Virus record (IMG/VR): IMGVR_UViG_3300036846_000743 | Coordinates: 162,074 to 226,073 of that record | Strand: one strand, 5' to 3' | Length of the DNA stretch: 64,000 bases | Shown: positions 27,302 to 36,028 of the stretch, in pieces | How the letters are laid out: every line of letters starts with the position of its first letter | Position numbering within the stretch: the first letter of the stretch is position 1 | Made by a program: the position numbers and the translations under genes | Notes under the pieces: model-generated | Databases searched by the model: none | Told to the model about the DNA's origin: nothing | What the model saw: the letters and a program-made list of their open reading frames with translations, nothing else

Positions 27302-27852
27302 GAGTCTTTCTCCTGAGTAGGTAGCACGGGCATGATGACGTCCATGCGAAGGCCATCATGCGACGGCATGCAGCGGTGTCGCGGCCTCGTACCGCTGGAC
27401 AGCACGTCTTCCGAATGAATGTAAGTATTCGCGTCCGGGCCGGGTACGAGCTTGGCAGGTTCCCCGCAATTGGGGCATTTTACGAGATCGACCCCCTTGG
27501 GCGGCTTGTTAATATCCATCCGATCATAATGGATCATCATGCCGCCGCAGCCGCAGACATCAGTCTCTTTGTCCGCGGTTCTGCTCCTGTCGGTCTTAAC
27601 ATTGAAGAAGCCGTAACCATGAACGTTACAGATTGCAGCAGCAGCAAGAAGCAGCCTGTTGATGTTCCTGGTGCGAGACGAAGAAACCTTCAAATTCTCA
27701 AGATCCGAATGAGCCGCGTGATAAACCTCTGCCATGTTCTTCGCCAGCGAGTCATCGACGACCAGTTGGTCCATGATCTCGGCTAGCAATGGATGTATGG
27801 CGCGGCTGGTCGTATCCTTCATCGCGGCACGTAACCGTTCGATCAGAGTCAT
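27298..27852 (-). CDS. hypothetical protein with Zn ribbon
   Basis: Start MTLIERL after AAGGGAG; CGCGG and CPNCG motifs. Confidence 0.55.
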   Translation of the reverse strand: MTLIERLRAAMKDTTSRAIHPLLAEIMDQLVVDDSLAKNMAEVYHAAHSDLENLKVSSSRTRNINRLLLAAAAICNVHGYGFFNVKTDRSRTADKETDVCGCGGMMIHYDRMDINKPPKGVDLVKCPNCGEPAKLVPGPDANTYIHSEDVLSSGTRPRHRCMPSHDGLRMDVIMPVLPTQEKDS

Positions 27853-28216
27853 CACAGCTCCCTTATGGTGACGAGGTACCTTCGGCCGAGAACATCCCGG
27901 CATACTGGGGCTGATCATGCCGGCCCACGCCGACACATTCCCAGCGGTTGCCCCTGCTCCGCTGAAATTCCCAGATGACCGCTTCGCGACCTGCTCGCGT
28001 GGGCGGATCATGGACGTAGAGCGTACCATCACGCAGAACGTGCTGGCATGCAAGCAGAGCTTTGGTCTTGACGCAACAGCCCAGTATGAACATGAGCATA
28101 AGAACCACTCCCGGGCGCTAAATGACAAGGGCCGCCGTCCGCCAGTTCGTGGCCTGGCAGACGACGGCCAAAAAGTTGACATTGCGTGTTTATCCGGATG
28201 CGCAACCCCCCGGTAT

Positions 28217-28948
28217 TCATTTTTTCACGGCACGGAAGATACGCTTTTCAATGATCATATTATTCCTGCGCAGGTTAGTAATGATCACTTGAACGCAATG
28301 ATGTCTGGCAGCCTCCAGAAAGGCGACCGGATCGGCATTTTGCTCGGCCAGCACCTTGGCTCGTAATTCCTTCACAGTTTGGTCCTTTCTTCTAAGCTCA
28401 CGACTTACGAGCACGTTGGTATATCGCGTGATGGACAGCTCGCTATGTATGCAGGGTGCCAGAGCCGCGACCAGAGCGTCCACAGAAATGCCCGGGTTTT
28501 CCTCAATCTTCTGGTAGACCGTGTTGTAGCTGAGGCCGTACTTTGTGTCAGCCGATGGCTTGTTCATGCTATCCGGCAATAGCTTGCTGCCAATAACTGG
28601 GTGACGCTTCGTCGCCATGACACAACGATACTCCTTTCTGCCGCGACTCCCTTCGCGAGCCTCAAATACCTTATTGCGGACAGCCGAGCCAACCGCATCG
28701 CGCACAAGTTGACGCTGCCCAAACTTGAGCAGCTGCTCGAAGTTACATTCAGCCTTTTTCGTCGGCTTGGGCGCGGCACGAATAGCCAGATGGTCTGGTA
28801 TCTTTCCCTTTTTAGCGAGGGCGACCACCATGTCGTGAATAGTCCGACATTTGCCGTCGCCGAATTCCTCACGAAGCATATCCCGGGTCACCGGGTTGCG
28901 ATCTCGCGGTAGTCCGTCGTCTTGGATCGTCGAAGGGGCTCTTCCCAT
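28217..28948 (-). CDS. hypothetical basic protein
   Basis: GAGGAGG RBS; lower GC. Confidence 0.65.
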   Translation of the reverse strand: MGRAPSTIQDDGLPRDRNPVTRDMLREEFGDGKCRTIHDMVVALAKKGKIPDHLAIRAAPKPTKKAECNFEQLLKFGQRQLVRDAVGSAVRNKVFEAREGSRGRKEYRCVMATKRHPVIGSKLLPDSMNKPSADTKYGLSYNTVYQKIEENPGISVDALVAALAPCIHSELSITRYTNVLVSRELRRKDQTVKELRAKVLAEQNADPVAFLEAARHHCVQVIITNLRRNNMIIEKRIFRAVKK

Positions 28949-30015
28949 CAAAGCCTCCTCTTGATGCGCGCAATGGTGACGTTGATCTTACCGCTCAGCT
29001 CGATGAACACTCGGCGAAGCTCTACGTCAGTCAGCACGTCCTTGGGATTGACATCGTCACCGAAGATCTTCTTGAGCATGTTCTGGCACTGTCTGAGTCC
29101 GCGTATTACAGTGCGCTGCCTCGCATCTGGCCCACGCTGGGGACCTGCTTCTAGCTCCAGCTCGTCCATAAAAGTTAAGATCTCGGTATCGACAGCCGCA
29201 ATCATCCCCCTTTCGGTATGGGGTTTGGCCGCTCTGACTGCGCGCTGAAGCCGCTCAGCATGATAGTGCGTAAAGCCGGAAAGAGTAAGCAGCTGTCCCG
29301 CAGCGTACTGGAGCACAGCATCATTCGGGATCATCGACAGGTTGTAGCGAACTGTGGAATTGAACGCCTCAGCGCCTGGGACCGGCAGATCGCCATCAAC
29401 TGAGAACCGGTGCTCCATGTCCTCAGCCTTTATCGCCTGCTTCAAGGAATGGAGGCCGACGCCGCCTATGTTGGCAGCTGCTTGATAGGAGCAATTCGGA
29501 TGACTCCTGTAGTATTGCTTCCCATGTCGCATCTTCTCATCATGAGACGAGCCACGACCCACAATGGCATTGGCTCCCATGGTGACCCCATCGATCTGGA
29601 TCTGGGTAGGGTCGACCAGGATGTACATCGCCGCATGGGTCGCGTGCAGACGCCGCACACCAGCGTGGCGGTGGTTGCCGTCGGCGTAGATCAGCTTACC
29701 TGCCTTGTTCCGCCAGGCGACCATCGCTGGTAAGTATAAATACTTATGCATACGTGCCTTGATCACCATGGAGTCGATGCTCTGTTGGTCCAGCCTTGGT
29801 CCCATTCTCGCCATGTTCTCCAGGCTCTTGCGCACATCGACCTCGGCGAGCGGGACATGCTCGCGATACTCAGCCTCGACATGGTGGTCCTTGAATAGTT
29901 GCTCCATCTCCGACCATTGCGACCAGATGATCTTGATCTTCTGGTCCTGCTGCGCGTGCTCTGCATCGTCCGAGTCATCCATGGTATGGTCTGCCAGCTT
30001 GACATTGTCGATCAT
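28948..30015 (-). CDS. ParB/Srx-like N-terminal domain protein
   Basis: LPAMVAW...LIYADGNHRHAG; GAGGA RBS before MIDNVK. Confidence 0.65.
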   Translation of the reverse strand: MIDNVKLADHTMDDSDDAEHAQQDQKIKIIWSQWSEMEQLFKDHHVEAEYREHVPLAEVDVRKSLENMARMGPRLDQQSIDSMVIKARMHKYLYLPAMVAWRNKAGKLIYADGNHRHAGVRRLHATHAAMYILVDPTQIQIDGVTMGANAIVGRGSSHDEKMRHGKQYYRSHPNCSYQAAANIGGVGLHSLKQAIKAEDMEHRFSVDGDLPVPGAEAFNSTVRYNLSMIPNDAVLQYAAGQLLTLSGFTHYHAERLQRAVRAAKPHTERGMIAAVDTEILTFMDELELEAGPQRGPDARQRTVIRGLRQCQNMLKKIFGDDVNPKDVLTDVELRRVFIELSGKINVTIARIKRRL

Positions 30016-30085
30016 TGCAGTCCTCGTGATAAAACTTGGTGAATGGCAAACTGTTGAGTTGCCCTGGTTGACTGACATGTTTGGT

Positions 30086-30213
30086 CTGTACGCACCTTGC
30101 GCACACAGCCCAGGGGCCGCGGGGCCTCCCCCTGGCGTTAATGAGCGATCCGGCTGCACCCCAGCCGGGAGAGCACGCTCCCTGCGGAAGCGGTAAGTGC
30201 CTGCCACGCAGGC
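30086..30213 (-). ncRNA. candidate structured RNA with five consecutive hairpins
   Basis: Stems at 30199-30213, 30169-30182, 30150-30168, 30110-30135 and 30086-30108; two need GU pairs that form only on the minus strand. Confidence 0.45.
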
Positions 30214-30234
30214 CCATTCTCTTGAACTGCTCGG

Positions 30235-31110
30235 CTAGCTATTACCCTGAATACCAGGTGTGTCCAGGGGATCGCCTTCCTTGACTGCATCTACCCGGAC
30301 CTGGGCCCGTTCACAGTCACTGCTCGACAGCTCGAAGCCGATCCAGTACCGTCCGAGCTTCTTGGCCACGCAGGCCGTGGTTCCAGATCCAAGAAACGGA
30401 TCGAGCACAATGTCTTCCGAGTTGGAGCAGAGCCGGATGATCCGGCCGATGAGCTGCTCCGGGATCTGTGTAGGGGTGCCTGCACGGCTCTTGAAGGTCC
30501 CGTTAATTCTCGGGCAATGCCAGGTCGTCTCACTGGCTTTGAAGCCGTCAGGCAAGTCCTGGGGCCGGATGATCCAAGTATCGTCTGGAAGTCGGCCTTC
30601 CGGGTTGGCTCGCTTGTCATTGTAGATCAGTTGGCGAGCCGACGGCACTCTGCACGCACTCACGTTGAACGTGAATTGATCCTTGTCCTTGACGTAGTAG
30701 AGCAGGTGCGCGTGGCTGCGGGTCAGCTTGTTCTCGGAGTTGACCCCGAAGGTGTAAGTCCAGATCACATGCGACCGCTTGTGCAACCCGAGTCTGGCCT
30801 TGCACATGACGTCGATCTCGGAGACCAGCTCATCAGGTATGAACAACCAGAACGTACCGGTATCGGTCAAGACCCTTACGATCTGGGTCAGCCACTGCAT
30901 GGCCCAGGCCAGATACTCTTCACGGGGCCGATCGTCGTCGTAGTGGTCGCCGTAGTCGATCCCGAAGTTGTAGGGCGGATCAGTGCAAACCAGGGCTACC
31001 GATCCTGGTTCCAGCTTCGACATGCCAACGACGCAATCGCTGTGAAAGATCGCCCCGCGATCGGGATCAACCACTTGGTGAGCGTCACCCCGTGCTCGCT
31101 TCTGGGGCAT
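30235..31110 (-). CDS. orphan N6-A/N4-C DNA methyltransferase (beta class)
   Basis: TDPPY precedes LDPFLGSGTT; no cognate restriction gene adjacent. Confidence 0.9.
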   Translation of the reverse strand: MPQKRARGDAHQVVDPDRGAIFHSDCVVGMSKLEPGSVALVCTDPPYNFGIDYGDHYDDDRPREEYLAWAMQWLTQIVRVLTDTGTFWLFIPDELVSEIDVMCKARLGLHKRSHVIWTYTFGVNSENKLTRSHAHLLYYVKDKDQFTFNVSACRVPSARQLIYNDKRANPEGRLPDDTWIIRPQDLPDGFKASETTWHCPRINGTFKSRAGTPTQIPEQLIGRIIRLCSNSEDIVLDPFLGSGTTACVAKKLGRYWIGFELSSSDCERAQVRVDAVKEGDPLDTPGIQGNS

Positions 31111-31774
31111 CTTGGATCCTCCGTTTGGACTTCTTTTTGGGCGTCTCTTCGGGAATACCCATACTGTAGCTTTCTATCCCGAGCAAGAGACAAAACGCAG
31201 CATCAGCTATGTTATCGACGCCACTGGTCTCGTAGCCTTCCGGATCAAGACCGACCTTGAACAACTCGTTACAGGCGTCGATCACGGCCACCTTGTCGGC
31301 GTTGCCACGCCCGGTGGCCCGCTTCTTGATAGCACCGATCGGGATCCCTTCGCAAGGGATATCGTGTTCCTCGCACCAGCAGGCCACCGTGGCCTTCAGG
31401 GCACCCAGAAACTCGATCGGCCGGGCGGCGCGCGCCAGGATGGCTGTCAGGTTGATCAGATTGGGCATGTCCGGCGGGACGTGCTTCACATCTTCGTAGA
31501 AGACGATCGCTGGCCGGAGCACGGCCAGGAACTGGCGGAGACGGACGAACCGGATCGCACCTGAGTCGTTCGGGCCGGCAGACAGGTCCCACTGACCGAA
31601 TGCCGTTGTGTGCGCTCCTGGAACATAAGGTTCGCCTGGAACAAAGTAAGTATACGCATAACCAGTAGTCGTGGCCAGGTCGAGACCTAGCGCCAGCCGT
31701 AGACCAGGATCCTCGACGGGCTTCCAGTCCCGTTCGAAAAGTCTGGGATCTCTCTGGATCAAAAACTTTGGCAC
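31085..31774 (-). CDS. RuvC-like Holliday junction resolvase
   Basis: LGLDLATTTGYA, FYEDV, IKKRATGRGNADK and DNIADA. Confidence 0.8.
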   Translation of the reverse strand: MPKFLIQRDPRLFERDWKPVEDPGLRLALGLDLATTTGYAYTYFVPGEPYVPGAHTTAFGQWDLSAGPNDSGAIRFVRLRQFLAVLRPAIVFYEDVKHVPPDMPNLINLTAILARAARPIEFLGALKATVACWCEEHDIPCEGIPIGAIKKRATGRGNADKVAVIDACNELFKVGLDPEGYETSGVDNIADAAFCLLLGIESYSMGIPEETPKKKSKRRIQDAPEASTG

Positions 31775-31784
31775 ATCGAACTTC

Positions 31785-32246
31785 CTAACGTCGAATTCGG
31801 TAGAGCCTGATCGGAACGGCAACCGCTTGGTCAGGCGTCAAACCTCTTCTGACCCGCGAGTGCAACGTACCATAGGAGCAGCCTAGCTCCTTGGCCCAAA
31901 CCATAAGTAGTTGTGTTCGGCCATCTTTGGTAGCTAAAACGTTATCTCTCCTGTTGTGGGCTTGGCCGGTCTTGGTTGTCCAACGGCAGTTACCAGGTGA
32001 GTATGATCCGTCGCCGTTCTTACGATCAAGCGTGTGGCCGGCTGGTGGCTCACCCATGTCCGCCAAGAAATTCACAAAACCATTTTTGCCTCGCCATCTC
32101 CGACACACAGCAATGCCACGACCACCATAGCTGTGATAGCTGCGTTCAGCTTCACGCGCGCACCGGTTGAGCATGCTGCGGTACCGCTTGTAGATAGCGG
32201 TCTGCGACTTACCATGCGTGCGAATGCGATCGCCGATCGACATCAT
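31785..32246 (-). CDS. HNH-type homing endonuclease
   Basis: THGKS...M..RC...YGGRGI.VC.RW...F..DMG...TLDR.N....Y.P.NCRW; lower GC. Confidence 0.85.
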   Translation of the reverse strand: MMSIGDRIRTHGKSQTAIYKRYRSMLNRCAREAERSYHSYGGRGIAVCRRWRGKNGFVNFLADMGEPPAGHTLDRKNGDGSYSPGNCRWTTKTGQAHNRRDNVLATKDGRTQLLMVWAKELGCSYGTLHSRVRRGLTPDQAVAVPIRLYRIRR

Positions 32247-32746
32247 GTGTCGATGACCCTTGTCCTTTTTGCTGGTCGCCGAACCGACGCCCGATCCTCA
32301 GCCGCCGTGATCCGTTCGACGATGCTCTGCTCTTGCGAGATCGCCGCGATGATCGACGATCGCTCGGGCTGCGTCGGGACGTAACCTCCACCTCGGAGAT
32401 CTTCACGGACGCTGATTGCGGCCTCGTGCGCTTCCTTGAAGTAGAGGTTGGAGTAAGCGGGCCTCTCCATGACCATACGGCGCGGACCATCAGTGATCTG
32501 GATCGACCATGTCCAGGGGCAACCGGGCTTGGTCGTCCGGTCACTCTGGAAGATGTTGATCCTGACTTCGATCACGATGTCGGACAGCTTCTTGGAGAGA
32601 AAGAATGATCCGACATAATTACCCGCCTTGGTAGGGACGAACCCGTTGAACCAAGAGATCAGGGCAGTATCCTGATCACCGAGGGTGCGGCCGCGCACCA
32701 ACTGATCAGGAATTCGGAAGTGCGTCGGCTCGACAAAGACTTCCAA
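32243..32746 (-). CDS. hypothetical protein with C-terminal RTRVIDT tag
   Basis: AAGGAGGTGA plus TTG; ends PAKRTRVIDT*. Confidence 0.7.
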   Translation of the reverse strand: MEVFVEPTHFRIPDQLVRGRTLGDQDTALISWFNGFVPTKAGNYVGSFFLSKKLSDIVIEVRINIFQSDRTTKPGCPWTWSIQITDGPRRMVMERPAYSNLYFKEAHEAAISVREDLRGGGYVPTQPERSSIIAAISQEQSIVERITAAEDRASVRRPAKRTRVIDT

Positions 32747-32921
32747 GGGTCACCTCCTTCTTAGCCGATGCCGACGATGGCAGCATTGGGCATCTGGGCA
32801 AGCTATCGTCACCTCCTTGCGGACTAACTTGACTCCCTGGATGTTCGCGCAGTGCTGCGTACGGCATCACGATCAATGTATGATCTGACCACGATAATGC
32901 ACAAGAACTTTCGTCCACCAA

Positions 32922-33683
32922 TCAGTGGTTCACGTCCGCCTTACTGAGCTGTCCGGCCTCCGCAAGTTCGCGGAAAGCCTCCAGGACGTAGTGGGTGCAC
33001 CGACAATCCTGAGCGGCTCCGTGCATCCCTTCCATGTCGATCTCGTAGCGCTCAATGAGGCCCAGCTCGTGCAAGCAGGTTGATAGACTCCACTTGCCCT
33101 TGCGAACCAGCCCGCGGACGTCCTCGTACCAGCGAAAGACATGCTGAGCCCCGGGCTCGGGTATGGGAAAGCCCGTGGCCTTGGCCTTGAAGATCATCCC
33201 TGAATCCATGAACCGTCTGTAGTCGAACCGGAACATATCGCCGGTGGCCGTGTAGGTCGCATTCTCGATGATCGGCCGGTCGAAACCGTAGCCGTTGTGG
33301 CCAGCATACCAGTAGTCGTTGGTTAGCGCATCTTCCAGGAATTCGCGAAAGAGCGGCATGATCTCCCGGGGATCGAGGCCCTCGTCGCGGAGCTTCTCCC
33401 AGCCAACGTGCGCTTTGCCCTGCTCCGCCATCCGCCGGGCGGTCTCGCGGACCGACTGTTCGAACCAGACCGGATCGATGTCCGGATGCAATGCCCAGTT
33501 GATCAAGAAGCTGTCCTCGTGAACCGGGACTCGACTCTTGATCATGCACCAGCCCAGATCGACGGGCAGCGTCTGCCGACTCCGCTCCTTGATACCATTG
33601 GTCTCGCAGTCGAAAACCAGATAGTTGTCAGGAAACCCACCGAGAAATGACGCCATCCGCGCATACCAGCGCAGATTGACCAT
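32922..33683 (-). CDS. DEDDh 3'-5' exonuclease (DnaQ-like)
   Basis: VFDCETNG, GHNGYGFD and HGAAQDC. Confidence 0.85.
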   Translation of the reverse strand: MVNLRWYARMASFLGGFPDNYLVFDCETNGIKERSRQTLPVDLGWCMIKSRVPVHEDSFLINWALHPDIDPVWFEQSVRETARRMAEQGKAHVGWEKLRDEGLDPREIMPLFREFLEDALTNDYWYAGHNGYGFDRPIIENATYTATGDMFRFDYRRFMDSGMIFKAKATGFPIPEPGAQHVFRWYEDVRGLVRKGKWSLSTCLHELGLIERYEIDMEGMHGAAQDCRCTHYVLEAFRELAEAGQLSKADVNH

Positions 33684-34141
33684 CACCGCAGTCCGTCCAG
33701 TGTCTGTAGATGCTGTTCCGCTGCCCATACGAGTGACTCCACATCATCCCGGATGCCGTTTTCCCCCATCGGGGTCGTGTCCTTGACGCCGGCCATGTAG
33801 ATGCCGGTTGTCAACTCGCCAATAACCATGAAGACAATGGCCTGCGCCGCCGCGGGGCTCAGAACGAACCCTGTTTTCGCGAAGGCCACATCCAGGCTAT
33901 TGATATCAGGGTCCAGGTGAGCCAGCTTCAGTGCCTGGATATAGCGCTGGGCGGTCTGGAAAAGGACCGTGTCCGTGATCGCGTGATGCTCAAGCATCTT
34001 CGCCATGTAGGGCGGTCGATGCTGTGGCAGCATGCGTTCGAGCGCGACCCGAAGCAGTGTTGGCCAGAAGTTGAGCACGTCGCCTGGCGGCCAGTATGTG
34101 CTCAGCTTCCCGGCCATTCGCTTCGGACGCGCCCGGATCAT
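33683..34141 (-). CDS. hypothetical protein
   Basis: 152-aa ORF in operon. Confidence 0.65.
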   Translation of the reverse strand: MIRARPKRMAGKLSTYWPPGDVLNFWPTLLRVALERMLPQHRPPYMAKMLEHHAITDTVLFQTAQRYIQALKLAHLDPDINSLDVAFAKTGFVLSPAAAQAIVFMVIGELTTGIYMAGVKDTTPMGENGIRDDVESLVWAAEQHLQTLDGLR

Positions 34142-34147
34142 GCTCGC

Positions 34148-34612
34148 CTACCTTTGCGCTACGATCATCTGGGTGTGCCCCTGCGGGGTGATCACCTTGC
34201 GGACCGCGTGGCCTTGCTTCGATGCCTGATTGCGGATCGCGTGCTCCGCGTATTTGCCCTTGAGTTTCTCAAGGTTTTTGCCCGCCTTGGCCTGGATCTT
34301 CTGGCCATAGGCCCCATAGAAGTCGTAGACCGGCATGAAGCTGCCATCGGCTTTCGGGTTGGAGACCAGGCCGATCTCGTAGGCCGTATTGTCTCCCTTG
34401 ACCGAGATGGCATGATCGCCTTTGCCGTAGTCCTCGGGCTTGATGCCATGCTTGTAGGCGGCATCTTGCTGGTGATAGTCGTTTGCCCATGACCCCCAGT
34501 ATTTCCAGGTCTTCTGACCGGATCGAAATTCCAGCCCCAGCTCCTCGCACGCTGCCGACAGCGCGTCGAAGTCGCTGAAACAAACATCTGGATGAGCTAC
34601 AACGTGCGACAA
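34148..34612 (-). CDS. DUF1257-like protein
   Basis: GGGAGG plus TTG; MSHV...D..AL..AC..LG...YEIGL...YD.Y...L..KYA. Confidence 0.6.
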   Translation of the reverse strand: MSHVVAHPDVCFSDFDALSAACEELGLEFRSGQKTWKYWGSWANDYHQQDAAYKHGIKPEDYGKGDHAISVKGDNTAYEIGLVSNPKADGSFMPVYDFYGAYGQKIQAKAGKNLEKLKGKYAEHAIRNQASKQGHAVRKVITPQGHTQMIVAQR

Positions 34613-34667
34613 GACATCACCTCCCGTCTTGCGGTCCACGCCAGTTTGACGCGAAAAACGCAATTGG

Positions 34668-35258
34668 TCAACGGTTGTCACCGCTGCCCCGGAGCACACC
34701 GCGGTGTGCCCGGTCAGTCAGCTTGTCGTAGTTGGTCTGGGCCACACAGCCCAGCGAGACCCGCATTTCGGTGCAAAAAGCAGACACGTACCACAGGGCA
34801 TCGCCGGCTTCCTTGACCATCCGCTCCCGTTCGGGCGGCTCCACGACGCAGACCGGCGGGAACTCGACACGCTGAGTGTGCTCGACGGCCACGCGGAGAA
34901 CATCCAGGGCCTCGCCGGCCGCATCGATAGCGTCGTAGATCGCCTTCTTTCGCTCCGGAGTCAGTTCCCCGGCCGGGTCATTGCGGTATGCCTTCTTCAT
35001 CAGCTCCATGAGGGCACCGCACGTGCCAGCGACATCGAGAACGTCTATGGCCAGGGCATAATTGTGCGGCTTGATCTGCCGCACGGCCATTTGCATGATG
35101 GCCGTGGCCAGCTCGCCGGCCTCACCGACCAGGGAGATAGCCGGGTAGATGAGCTGGTTGTCGCCGCGCCCTGGATAAACGGCCAGCTCCGTGGTCTTGC
35201 CCTGATAGTCGTCCAGGGTCATCGTAGGTTCCGCGTTACGCGGCGTATCACTCATCAT
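34668..35258 (-). CDS. MazG-like NTP pyrophosphohydrolase with internal insertion
   Basis: YQ......AVYP, GEAGE, KEAGDALWY and NYDKL.DR..RG.L.GSGDNR. Confidence 0.8.
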   Translation of the reverse strand: MMSDTPRNAEPTMTLDDYQGKTTELAVYPGRGDNQLIYPAISLVGEAGELATAIMQMAVRQIKPHNYALAIDVLDVAGTCGALMELMKKAYRNDPAGELTPERKKAIYDAIDAAGEALDVLRVAVEHTQRVEFPPVCVVEPPERERMVKEAGDALWYVSAFCTEMRVSLGCVAQTNYDKLTDRAHRGVLRGSGDNR

Positions 35259-35368
35259 CGTTCTCCGTGAATGGTCCACCGAGTATTCCTGGTAACTCTC
35301 CGTAGCTGAAAACCGAGCCAGTTAGTCCAGAGGCACCGTGACGAGACCGCAAAGCGGAATTACTCGTC

Positions 35369-35956
35369 TCAGCATGTTTCACTGGCTCGGTTGGCTTCTC
35401 GTGGCTCACGGCCCGCCGGGATGGTTCTGCATAGTATATGACACGAAAACGCGTCAGCGTTAAGTGGTTTGCCATCGGGCTTCCAGACGGGTGGCCCAGG
35501 CACCAGTCCCGGAAAAACTCGATCTCCTTCATACTCACCTTCGACGAGCGTCAAGTAGATCTTGTTGGCGAAAGGCAGAAAGATCTCGTAGACCTGGGCC
35601 CCGCCAATCACGACCGCGTCGGTCGCGCCGTTGCCGTTCCAGCCCCAAGCTGCCATATCCAGGGCCTCGAGCGGATTCCTGGCCCAGCGAGTCCCCTGTA
35701 CATCAACCCCGGCCGACGGCCAACTTTCATCCCACGGCCGCCTGCTCAGCACGACATTGACCCGCTTCTCGAGCGGCTGACCATTGCGCGTCAGGATCGA
35801 GTCGTAAGTCCGTCTACCCATGATGAGCGACTGGTGCAGCGTATGCTCGCGGAACCACTTGACGTCCTTGATATCGGGCCAGGGCAAACTGCCATCCCGA
35901 CCGATCACTCCTTGTTTGGTCATTGCCACGATGATCGCAAGATTGCGAATATGCAC
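35369..35956 (-). CDS. folA: dihydrofolate reductase
   Basis: VIGRDGSLPW, D..WF...T, MGRRTYDSI, PL..R.N.VLS and IGGAQVY. Confidence 0.95.
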   Translation of the reverse strand: MHIRNLAIIVAMTKQGVIGRDGSLPWPDIKDVKWFREHTLHQSLIMGRRTYDSILTRNGQPLEKRVNVVLSRRPWDESWPSAGVDVQGTRWARNPLEALDMAAWGWNGNGATDAVVIGGAQVYEIFLPFANKIYLTLVEGEYEGDRVFPGLVPGPPVWKPDGKPLNADAFSCHILCRTIPAGREPREANRASETC

Positions 35957-36028
35957 TGGTTAAAGTCCTTGGTACTTTTCGCGGCCAACCTGGCAGCGGT
36001 CTGCCGCCCGTTGGCTTAGCTGAGGTAG

